Source: Zygnema circumcarinatum SAG 698-1b
Lineage: Eukaryota > Plantae > Zygnematophyceae
Direction of reading: 5' to 3'
Length of the DNA stretch: 64,000 nucleotides
NCBI GenBank assembly: GCA_037447605.1
Contig: CM074804.1
Location: 7,107,909-7,171,908 of the forward strand
How positions within the stretch are numbered: position 1 is the stretch's first letter; every line of letters begins with the position of its first letter. Below the pieces are notes generated by a model, which worked only from the letters and a program-made list of their open reading frames with translations, was not told the DNA's origin and did no database searches. Both the position numbers and the translations under genes were made by a program. Shown one piece after another: positions 1 through 11,400 of the stretch.

Positions 1-282
1 GTTGAGAGTAGGGGTGGGGGCAGGAGCGCTTGGATTAGATGACGGAGCAGTGGTGGGTGGTAAGGACGTCGGGACGACGGGAGAGATGGTGGGAAGGGGG
101 GGGGTGGCGGCAGGACTAGGGCCGGCAGGAGAGGTCGAGGGGGAGGGACTAAGCGCAGGAGGAAAGAGGGGAGGAGGCAGGGAGGCGGAGGGAAAGGAGG
201 AGGGCAAGGGTGAGCCTGTGGGAGAGGGACCAGTGGGAGAGGAGGCAGGCGAAGCCGCTGGCGCTTGCGGAGAGTCCGCCAT
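1..282 (-). CDS. 5' part of a Pro/Ser/Thr-rich protein running off the window edge (PERK/extensin-like N-terminus)
   Basis: ATG at 282 (gatccATGG) opens MADSPQAPAASPASSPTGPSPTGSPLPSSFPSASLPPPLFPPALSPSPSTSPAGPSPAATPPLPTISPVVPTSLPPTTAPSSNPSAPAPTPTLN with no stop before base 1. A CT-rich leader precedes it. There is no signal peptide. It is absent from the ORF track because it has no stop. Confidence 0.65.
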   Translation of the reverse strand, partial: MADSPQAPAASPASSPTGPSPTGSPLPSSFPSASLPPPLFPPALSPSPSTSPAGPSPAATPPLPTISPVVPTSLPPTTAPSSNPSAPAPTPTLN

Positions 283-359
283 GGATCTTCGCAGAAGAGG
301 GAGAGGGCGGCGGAGAACGACGCGGTAGAGAGAGGGAGGGAGGGAAGGGGGCGCCGCGT

Positions 360-1172
360 GTACGGCTGAAGGGGGACGGACAAAACGACAAAAACCTCGT
401 ACAGGTCGGTGCCGTAAATTGCGGGCCGCCGCGTTCATGTAAAACGGCGAGGATGACCGATGCGACCGCGCGTTGACCATTGACTCGCAGTAGCAAGGTA
501 CTGGTTCTGGGGGCGCTGGAGGGCGACAGGCTAGATGGACGGCTGCGATTGGACTATTATGACGATCGGACGGCGGATAATGACCGATGGGTTGCAGGCT
601 TGCACCTGCGAGGGAGAGAGGGGATTGGTGGGAAAGGGGCGGAAAATGGTACCACGTATGCGTAATGGTCGACGTTTAGAGTGAGTACTATTTGGATGGG
701 ATAGTGGTTGGATTGATGCGGTTGATAAGTACGGGTTCGTTTTTGAGGTCGGTGATTATTGGGCGAAGGGACCAACGTGGAGTGCTGACGTGGCATGGGT
801 ACGGTACATAATCCGCTTTATCCATTTAAATGTTTTTTTTGATCGAAAGAAACATTTCATTCCTGCCCGAGAACACGAGGACGAATAGGAGGAGCGTACG
901 GTCGTTTCCGGGCAGGTGAAACTGTTTTTTCCTGCCCGAAAATAAATATTTCAAATTTTTCTTCCTCAATTCGGCTAAATCGGATTGGCTGCTCAAACAG
1001 TCCAGCCAATCACATCGTAGTCCAGCACTCCGGGCAGTAAAAGAATATACAAATCCCAGAAAGGAAAACATTCTTCGCATACCCTGACACATTTTCTTTC
1101 TGACAAAAACATCCGCAGCTCGATTCCCGTCAATCCGTTGCCCTCCTCTTTGTCTCGTCCGTACCGTACGGA
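360..1172. promoter_or_regulatory. GTAC-rich upstream region with an inverted CCAAT pair and alternating CCTGCCCG motifs
   Basis: GTAC at 360, 399, 498, 649, 685, 729, 799, 804, 896, 1161 and 1166. GATTGGCTG(983-991)-N11-CAGCCAATC(1003-1011). CCTGCCCG at 862(+), 909(-), 931(+) and 1031(-, 7 of 8 bases). Confidence 0.5.
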
Positions 1173-1716
1173 TGTCATTACATTCGGAAAACGACACGTC
1201 AAATCCGATTTCAGAAGACGGAAATCCCGCCGGAAATCCGCCCGCCGCCCCCTCCCCTCCCCTCCCCGCCAGCAGCGACCTGAAAGGCCGCCCGCAGGGT
1301 TCGAACTCTGCCACTTGGAAACTCGGCAGAGGGGCGGAACAGGCCCGAGGCTGAACGGGAGCCGGCAACTGGCAGGAGAGGCTGTTCTATGCTTGGCAGT
1401 TCACAGTTCCGTTAGTCGTCATGGATATGTTCTATGCATCACTATACGGCATAGAAACAAGAGGTTGGGGATGAAGGCTTGATGGGTGCAGAGCAGGCTG
1501 GGTGTCAGACCTGGAGCTAAAGGAGGATGGTTTGTACAATTAAGATGAGCGCAGTGAGAAGGCACTCCAACAAAAGCGATGGGGAAGCACAACATGGAAA
1601 AAAGGAGGTTGCTAATTCTGAGCATTCAGATGCGCAAAAACTGCTCAAAATTTTGACTGCTCAAAATGTTGTCACCGATGTCAGCCAACTGCCCATGTGA
1701 CAAGGGGCAGGAAGTG

Positions 1717-2277
1717 TCAGAAGGGTGACCTTGAGAACTCGACACTGAAGTTGCTTAAGGTGCATGGAAGCCTTCCTATATATGTATCTGCCTGCGCGAC
1801 CTACGCGCAGTATCACATTTCTAAGCTTATAACTGATTTAAACCCAAACAAAACCTTTACAGTCTCTAAAGCATGCGAAGCTTCGACAAACGAAAATGAA
1901 AAATTGGCTTTTGGTAGATTGTGTGAGACTGTTCAAAGCAATCGAAATCATCCACCAAACGTACGCCTCTCGCTTCATAACAGCAGCGAGAAGAACATTT
2001 GAGGCAGCTCCCCTTCAGCTTCCTCTGTACACCGACCTCAAAAAAGGCATGCAGTCAATAACAGGAAGATAGAGACATCCAAGGCTTAAGCTCTTTCTTG
2101 AACTACCTTTCACTTTCAGCGGAACTTTCTACATGTCCTCGCCCTCCTTTTGCCAGGAGGTTCCACAAAGACGGGGTTTGAGGGAGAGGACAGGGGCGAA
2201 GCTAACCGTATATAAAGGTACAGTGAAGAGGACCGACGCCGTCTCGGTGGAGTGAAGTACTTCAAAGCCTCCATGAT
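1717..2277 (-). CDS. Putative terminal exons (2277-2207, 1800-1717), possibly the 3' end of the orphan gene at 2895-7217
   Basis: Acceptor T-run-gtcatgcag at 2278, donor GTTAGC at 2206, acceptor gcgtag at 1801. The phase-compatible join reads (D)HGGFEVLHSTETASVLFTVPLYT|VAQADTYIGRLPCTLSNFSVEFSRSPF*. Confidence 0.35.
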
Positions 2278-2894
2278 CTGCATGACAAAAAAAAAAAAGC
2301 GCATTGAGTAGCACAGAAGCACAGAGATTGTTAGCGAAAGGCATTTTAAGAACATGATAATCGATATGACATGTGAACTCAAGGTCTCACAGCAAGAGCA
2401 GAAGCACCTACCTAAGCAATCAAGTTCACTTTACAAAAGACTGCAAGCACGGCAAGCTGCCTCTCCTCACAGAAATCCAACCAACCACGCAGTTTCACAA
2501 GTCACGGATTGCATCCTGCACAACTGTTAAGGTGGGCGCTATACTGCTACACTGATGCGATCAGTCACACTTTCTTGCTTGAAGAAGCTGGCCTTCTACT
2601 CCCTTACTCTCCTCCTTTCACTGGGAGACCATGACAGATTGGTTCTCCTTACCTCACGACGACCTTCTCTCTTCAGCAGACACGAATCGCTTCATGAAAA
2701 TCAAAACAGTTGCCTAACAAGATTTCGCCATGATACCTTCAGCTTTTCCAAAGCAGTTGCGAACAGCCATCAGCCTGCCTCTATCAGGAGCATCCGTACC
2801 TTGCCTTAAGAAACGCTGCTGCGGAGAACCCTCCAGAACTCCTCACAATGCACAAGCTTTTTTCTCGTCCATTGAAGCCACACCCCCGCTACCA

Positions 2895-5800
2895 TTAGCC
2901 AATTGGAGGTTTTCCGTGTGTACGTAGTGCCTGTTTGCCTTCTAACCCTTCCTCTGGACTCTGCAAGGGGGTCTCTACAGCATTCCCAGTTGCACGCTTC
3001 ACTCCTGCGCCGAACCTCACTTCAGGCGCGCGAAACGCCCTGAAATTAATCGGCCCCTCTAAGCTTGCCACCATCAGCGTTCTACCATCCTTTCGCACTG
3101 CTCCCTCTGCATAATCCTCACCCACATCCCTCCTCTCCCCTAATCTCTGAATGCTCCCGCTCTTACCCTCCGTCGCAGCCGCCTCAGCGAGCAGAGGTTG
3201 AGGGTTCGAGTCGGATGCCCCCTCCCACACCCTGAGGCCCCCAGCGCTGCTCCTCCCTCCCTTGAAACCCCCTCCTTGCTTCAACCGCAACCTGGCAGCA
3301 AAATGAGAGTTAGCCTTTGGATTTGCTCCCAGCGAAAACCCCAGGCTAGGGTTCAAACTCCCAGCAGGTTCGCAACTGGGACCACTGCTCCCGAATGTGA
3401 GGCTGGGGGGAGGGCTTTGGTCAGTCTTCCCCTCTGTTGAAGCTGACTGTGACAGTCTCATCGCACACACCAAGAAATTAGGGTTTCCTGAAGGAGACTT
3501 CAAGCCTGCTACTCCAAGTTTCTTCTCCTTCGAAGAATCTTGCTGCCAGATGGAAGGTGTGGGCTCTTTCTGCTTTCTTTCCCCAGCCCCTATCTGCACT
3601 GGAAAATGCTCCTTTGAACCCTCCCTGCCTTCCAGCCTTGGAAAAACTTGCTTAGACTCACTCAAAAATGGTTTCGCTAATGACGACGACCCTTCACCGT
3701 GACGACCCTCTGCTTGCTGCTGTGTCGAAACATTGAGCCACCTCTGCAGCCATGGCTGTGATGCTCCCATCCTGCCGCTTGAAGCCTCCAGCGTCTGCCT
3801 CCCACCTCCCATGTCCCTCCCTTGCAGAACTATCTCCTGCCCCCTCTTCTCGCCTGCAGTCCCTTGAACCCAGTTCGGGCGGGTCACTTGGGAGGGCAGC
3901 CCCGGGGCGAGAAGCTTCGCCATGTCCAGACCGGCTGGGAGGGGAGGTGGGGTCAGCCCACTACTGTCGTCCCCTAGGGAGCTAGTAGTAGTGCGTTCTC
4001 TGCTGCCCGTTCCCGCAGGAGACCGTAGGACGGCACCCACGCGTCTGCCTCTTCCATGCTGGCCATCCTCTCCCACTGCACCTCTTTCCTTCTCTACCGC
4101 TGGAGGAGCCATGGCTGCAAACCGAATCTCGCCCAGACCTCCAGCACTGCTCTGCAGAGCAGCAGGCAGCGCAGTCTTGAAGGGTCCTTTTGACAGAAGA
4201 TTCCTGTTGTGAGTGGGATGCTCTATTTTAGAGGGCAGTGAAGAGAACTCCTGTTGATTGGGGGGAGGTATGGCTGCTCCCCTGGTCTGAGTACCTGCCC
4301 CAGGGAATTCCCTCAAACCACCTGCTTGTAGTAGTGGCAACCCTTCACGGTTGCCAGCGGTGCTGACCCCAAAGCGTGCATGCTCCTCACGTGACTTCAA
4401 TGGCAAGTGACCTTGAGGGAAATTCTGCACAAAAACGGAACCCGAAAGGTCAGTCCCGTTGCCTACGCTTTGTCTCATCGTCACTTTTTAGTCCATTGCT
4501 GAAGGCCAACAAATGAAAATAAAGCACCACATCTCCCCTGGTGGCTATCTGACGTTTCTGCTGAGCAGATTGCGCACCTTTGACATCTTCTGCGGCTCGA
4601 AAGCGCCCGAACGCAATATTGAGGTTGCCTCATGTGTCCTCTCGTCTGCCCCCCCATTGTTTGGTTCGTTAAGCGCAAGGTAAAGCACAATTGAAATACG
4701 CTACTAAGCCAGCACCAACGATCACTATTTGCATTCAAAGCAGTCAAGTCTGACAGTCATTCACCATGCCATGTGCATAACCCATTTGCGATTGGCAAAC
4801 CAGCAAGACAAGAGGTACAAGGAATCGTGCAAGACAAGTAGTTGTGCCTCAACAAAACCTCACAGTGAAACCAAATCCATCACGTAGATAGAAATAGTCG
4901 CTCGTAAGTAGCTTTTGATACCAGCACTTTCCAATTCTCGATCTCTAACAACTTAAACTCCTCAAAATAGCTTCCGCGGATTAAGAAAATAAAATAAAAC
5001 CGCGCTACCATGCCCCACTGCATATTACTCACCTTTCTTAGCCGCCACGACAAGACCTGCCCCTTTCAATTCCCCTCCTCCAAACTTGCGCCTTTCCTCT
5101 GGCTTGTCCACGCTCGCCATGTTCCCTTCAACCTCCGCCTGCTGTTCAGTGTGCATCTTTACCTTGATCGCTAACCCAACATAGGGCAGCTCAAACTTTT
5201 GGGGCCTCGTCGGAAATTTGACTTCTTCCTTGCCAGACGCGTTTGTGTCCACGCTGGCACAGCTGCCAATCTCCGACTGTAACTCCTGCCCCGTTCGCAC
5301 TGCCGGTCTACCTCGCTGTATCCACCCTGCATTCACGCCCGACTCCTGCTCGTGCTGCACACGCTGTACCTGCGCTTCCGGTATCTCCACAGGCCCCAGG
5401 AAGGCACTCCCTGCAAGTATTTCTAGAGGGAGACTCGCCGTCGATCCACTGCCTGTAGAAAGCCCTCTATCATTGGCGGCAGCAAGCCCTGCCCTTGGAG
5501 AGGCAGGGGAACTTCTAATGTCCTGCAGCATGGAATTGTAAGTGACCCTCCGTGAAAAATCGGCTGCCATTGAAGCTGGCCCATCACTGGCCATGGCTAT
5601 GGACATGTGATTCGTGTCGCGTCGCGTCGCGTCGTTGACTTTCATAGGGCTACTTTGCCTCTCAGGATGGGCAGTACACGCATCAATGCCATGCAAGCCT
5701 CCCCCAGCATCCGAATGTGCACTTTCAGAATCACTGCCCTTCATCTCCGCTCGCCCCTGACCACTTCCATGCCCTCCCATTTTTTCTAATTCTGCACCAA

Positions 5801-7217
5801 TTGAGAGCTCTTCTTTGATTTCTGCACCTTTGATTGCTATTTCATCGACATCCATGGCTGTTGCCTCACCAATTGCCAGCATGTCATGGTCTAGAGATAG
5901 ACCTCCTGCATATCCGACAGGCAAAACCGTGTAGGTGCTTGCATTCGGCATATTACGCTCGTCCATCTTCCTGCTAGGAGAAGAGAGTTGTGCAGCTATA
6001 GGAGTCGGAAGAGAGACCAACCCCTTTCCACGTAGAGTGTCCTCCACACTAGCTTTACGTCCATGTGCCTCTCTTGCCTCACTTTCCAGGTACTGTGCAC
6101 TCCCAATCTGATCCCTGCCCGGACCACTTTCCCCCAATCGTACTTCATTGTGAGCTGGGGCCTTTTCTGCATTGCCTTTCGAGAGCCCTAACCCAGATTG
6201 TCCCCAAGTTCGATATCCTGAATCATACGTTCTTACCTGCATGGCATCTAAGTATTGCTTGCTCCTCTCCGGTGGCGGACAATCGGTCGTTACCTCCTTG
6301 GATCCTGACACATCCATTTCTTCAGCTCCTAAGTTGGTTTGCTGGCCACTATCAGGAAGTTTTTTTCGTAAACCTCCCCAAGGGCTTCTGGTTTCTGTTC
6401 GAGAGATTCCAGGGTGCCGCTGTCCACCCTCTGGCTTTCTTGTTCCAGGAGAATGGAAGTGCGAAGGACTCGAAGCTGGCGTTTGAGGCAGTGAAGCATC
6501 CGGAGGTGACTCTGCACTATTATTTGGCACTTTTCCCTGGGAGGGAAACAGAAAAGGAGATCCTGCATCCGCTCCGTCCCTCTTTGCTTCGGTTGCATCT
6601 GCTGGAAGACTTTCTCTGCCAACTTTGGGTGCGGGCAACCTCCCCGCAATACTTTGCAAGAAGGGCATGAATGTAGAGCTAGGGAGTGAAGCTCTTGCTC
6701 CTGCCACTCTATTATTCGCAGCTCTTGGAGGAGTGACACCACTGTGCCCTATTGCAAATTTTTGAAAGCTTGATGGCTCCTCAGACACCATATCCTCTGG
6801 ACCTGCACCTTTCTGAGAATCCCGAAAACGAATCAATGCTACACTTATATCAGCTGAGTTTTCTACCTCCTTCATCTCCTTCCCTTTGCTACGTACAGCC
6901 CCCTCAATTGCCTGTCCACTTCCAGCGGGCAAGTGCACCCCTCCCTCATCAGCTGCTACGCGCAGCCTCTGAATCCACGCGTTTGAAAGGGGAGATTCCG
7001 TCAACCTGTGACCCCTCCCTCTACTATTTCCTCCCCCTCTCCCACCTCTCCCTCCCCCTCCTTCTCCTCTCCCTCCCTCCCCTCTCCTTCCCCCTCCCAA
7101 TCCCTCCTCCTTCGCGGGACCTGCCTCGGAGGCGGCACTGCCAATACTGTCCAGCCGCGAGGGCCCGGACATGGGCGCTGCAGTGTAGCCATGGGGCCGG
7201 AACATGTCGGCCGCCAT
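2895..7217 (-). CDS. Large low-complexity (S/G/E/A/P-rich) orphan protein, at least 2 large exons (7217-5033; about 4424-2895)
   Basis: Open frames of 730 aa and 529 aa on the same strand with similar composition. Strong donor AAG|GTGAGT at 5032 and acceptor tttgtgcag at 4425. The direct join is out of phase, so a small internal exon (about 4690-4578) is probably missing. No recognisable domain. Confidence 0.7.
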
Positions 7218-7313
7218 GGGCGCCCTGGAGCTTGCGAGCTTTCCGCCCTCCTCCGCCCTCTCCCCCTCCCTCTCCCCCTCTCTCTCCCCCTCCCCCTATC
7301 CCAGTCCGTCTCC

Positions 7314-7855
7314 GTACCGCAACCCCTCCTGCAAGTGCCGTACGATGTACGGCCATCGTCCAGCACTGTGCTCACTGCTGCTCAGGAGGACGGCCGTACG
7401 CACGGACGGTGCCGTTGCCCATCCATACGGACGAGCAGAGTTTGGTACGGCGAAAGGCCCGAGCGGAGGTTGAACCGTACGGACGATCGTTCGCAATTCC
7501 CGACAAGATTCCGCGAGGAGGCGGGCACGTGTCACCACGTGGTCGCAGCGATGGGTGCCACGTGGCGCGGCGAGATCGGCCATGCCTGTCGGCGGTTGCA
7601 GCGGGCGGAGGGGTACCGCGCGGCGCCGCCGTCACCGTGACAGTGAGTGACCGGAAGTGGGCACGTCGGTGCGCTTAAGGGGCCGTACGTTACGGTAAGG
7701 TACCCATAGAGGCACAGGTTACTCTTGGTGAGTAGGTCGGTGGTGCCCGGTTGACCTCGGTTCCACTTGTCGTCGTCCACGACCGCGCCAGATCGCGAGA
7801 TCAATGCCAGATCATTCCTCGCCGAAGGCTATCCAAAACACCTCGAAACGTGTAC
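7314..7855. promoter_or_regulatory. Bidirectional promoter with three G-boxes (CACGTG) and a dense GTAC/CCGTAC cluster
   Basis: CACGTG at 7526, 7536 and 7559, the last within the perfect palindrome GCCACGTGGC (7557-7566). GTAC at 7314, 7340, 7347, 7396, 7445, 7477, 7613, 7685, 7700 and 7852. Lies between divergent ATGs at 7217(-) and 7988/8414(+). Confidence 0.6.
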
Positions 7856-7999
7856 GGAGGCGTGACATGGCGAGTCTCCATTGGCAGACTGTTGAGTCTT
7901 TGAACTGCTGCATGTGGACCCAGCTAGCTATGGAGTTCGCCCCCCTACCTGCGTTTGAGCGGCAGGCAGGGGCACTGCCGTGAGGGGATGGTTTGGGAG

Positions 8000-8293
<294 letters not shown>

Positions 8294-8413
8294 TCCCCAT
8301 GGCCTATGCCATGCTGCCGCTGTGCGTCCCCCTCTGAGCTCTTCTCGCAGCTGCAGCAGCAGCAGGGGAGCCATCGGCTGTGGCTGTCGCCTGGGAAGGG
8401 CGGGGAAGGGAAA

Positions 8414-11400
8414 ATGATGAACTGGCTGACTTCGATAGGAAGCAAGGACTCCAAGAAGGAGGGCGCGGGGGCGGAGGAGGATGCAGCTGGCAGGGAAGAG
8501 GAGCGGGAGGGAAGGCCCGGCGAAGAGAAGCCTGCAAGCGGTTTGACCACGAATTCGAAGACGATGGCATCTGGCGAGGAAGGAGCTGCCGATGATGCTC
8601 TACATGTTGCTAATGATCAGAAAAAAGAAGAGGAGTTGGATGAAAAACCGGAGAATGGGAATGCAGGGGATCAAGCAAACCTCTCCGAAGCTAATGCAAA
8701 TCCTGCCGGTGATCTTCAAATCGATAACCAGTTGAAGGATTCTGTGAGTGTAGTTTCGGATGGTACGATTGAAGAAGCCCTTGAGAGGCGCGATGCTGAC
8801 ATTGACAAAAAAACAGATTATGAAGAAAAGGTCATTGCAGAACAACTAGGTTCTAGAGAGTCTTTGGAAGTTTCTGCATCATCAGGGCACAACCGAGATG
8901 TCGAACGTTCTGATTGCCGACCAATCGACACTGGAGAAAAAACAGACATGCAGGAGTTTGACAATAAGCAGTTAGATTCAGAGGACAGTGAGCGAATTAT
9001 TGCAAAAGAATGTGAAATTCAACAATCTCACGAGGACAACGAATGTGTTGGGAACGAGGGGGATGAGTCGTCAATAGGGGAGGATATGAGCCGATTGTTG
9101 ATTCAATCTGCTGATTCTGCTTCCTCAGTAAAGAGTATTGACCCACGACCTGCTCAAAGCTCGGTTGAGGGAGTGCAGGACGAAGAAGAGCAAGGGAGTG
9201 AGGCTACCAGTCATATAGCAGCAGTACATAACGAGGCGCTGGAAGGGAAGGAGCTTGTCGCGGAAGAATTGATTGTGGAGGCTAGAAAGCAGGTTGAACT
9301 GAGAGGAGAAGAAACCACCAAGGATGGAAACATTGGACCAGTTGACTCTGGGGAGCTAGAAGGTCGTATGACTAACTTGCAACTTGACTCCGTTTCAAGA
9401 GGGCAAACTACGAGGACCGAGGAAGGACAAGCCACAGCCACAGGAAGTGCAAGTGGGAGTCTTGAGAGCACAGCATGTATGAATAGTGGTGTTCAGAAAC
9501 AGGATATGAGCTCAGCTGACTCTAAGGCCCCTAAGTTGGAAAGTCTGCCGAATCTTAACGGTGAGGAGGTGAATGCGGACGAAGAATCGGACCAAAACAG
9601 TGGTACAGGCCATGAAGTCACCGAAGGATCCCCCCCAACAAATGCCGAGCGTAGAAGGATAAACCGTCAACATCATATGATGAAAGAAATTGTGTGTAAA
9701 TTTTGTCCTTTACGATTGCCACCTCCAATCGCTTCTTGCTTCAACAGTGTTCCAGATATTGTACTCTTATGTTCGACTTCAATTCTTCTGAAAATGATGA
9801 ACACTAATTTATGGACAAGAAGTTTTGACTTAATTTAGAGATTCAAGTATCAGGCTATCGGGATTTTTTTTGCATTGCCCACTTTAGGAATTGCATCGTC
9901 CATTTGGTAGATAGTTTTGATCTGTAGATAGTTTTGATCTGCCACGCTTTAATAGACACGAAATGGAAAAACTCAGCTGGTGTTCCTCTAGTCAGTGGGA
10001 AGCCAACTTCCACTACACTTTCCCGTTCCAAGCTGTCCAACCTACCTATATTAATAATCAAGTCTTCATTCTCAGCATTCACCTAGTAGAGGTGATTGGG
10101 GTCGGTGGATAGTGATTCAAAATGTTTTCCAGCTGCAGATGTGGACATGGTTTAAGTCACTACGGGAATCGTTGCAGTGAAAATACGATTGATGTGGAGT
10201 TTTTTCTTCTGAGTTATTCTTGGTATAGTAAGGAAGAACAGTTCACTGGGGCATCCATATCAAGTACTACTGCAAGTCTCCATGCCATATTTCGAAACGG
10301 AACCTGGATTCATTTTTTCTTGCTTTTACATGCTGCTACTTCTGAATTTTCAGTGAGTGCTTGTGTTGTTGCTTGGCGTAACAGGTCAGGATCCAGCATG
10401 ACAGAGATGCATTTGAGCGACATGTACAAGCAGCCACTAAAGGGGCGTCCCAAGAGCCCTCTCAGCCTGAGGTATTGTAACTAGTCTTCCTGTCATGAAA
10501 ATTGGTGGGATACAGACCTTGCTTTTGCCCATTCCTATTTCTTGAATCCGTTAGGCCACTCGGTAGTCCAATGCATCACTCAACATTCTTTTCTGCATTG
10601 GACATCTGAAACGTGTTTGACAAGGGGGAGTATTCTCAAAATAGTGTATTAACTTGCAAGCATGGATTGGATAGAGCCGCTCCAGGAACGCAAGGCTGTT
10701 CTCATCGGTAAGGCGTCCGTAGAATTACTGAAAGTGTGGCCTCTGGTAATGATTTGCTCTTGTCTAGAATGGATGTTGTGTAAGGCGGTTATGCATCTGT
10801 CATCTCTATTCAGAGCCGGTTGTGTTCTCCACTGTCATTTTTTGTAGTACTGACAGTTCTTTCCACTTGACTAAAAGGTTTCATCAGAGAATCTGAGTAA
10901 CAAACAGCAAACAATAGCCCTCTGGCCATCTCTCCTTTCGTCGCTTAAGTCTATGCTATGTTTGGATTAACAAGCCCTGGCTGGTTGTCGTGGGCAAGCA
11001 TTTGCATTTCTCTATTCTCTTCTTTCTGTGTTTCTTCAGTATTTTGAGGGAATGAAGGGGGGGGAGCCACAAGGAACGTTGCCGTATAAGTTAATGCTGC
11101 AGCGGTGCCTTAAGCTTATTGTTTGACTTTGGGGCGTCTGCAGGAAGTAGGAGATAGTGAAGCCTCTCAGCAACCTCAAGCTATTGGATCGTCAACGGCT
11201 GTACAGGGCAATGATAAGCCAATCAAGCAAAAGAATGAGGGGGGGGATGCACAACGGAAGCGGCCACATGGAAGCCGTGAGACAGCTCATGATGCTGGGG
11301 GAGGCCAAGCCGCCTCATCTCAAGGGATTCTTGAGGGGCCAACAAGGGCAAGATTTGGGCGTGGAAATGGAGGACCTGCACGATCTGACTTCAGCACAGC

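Noticed and set aside
1271-1310. Pol III B-box-like GGTTCGAACTC (1298-1308) suggesting a tRNA or SINE
   Set aside because: No A-box, acceptor stem or cloverleaf could be built, and there is no poly-A/T tail.
6752-7678. 308-aa plus-strand ORF and other long ORFs antisense to low-complexity exons
   Set aside because: These are mirror frames of GC-rich or low-complexity coding and promoter sequence.
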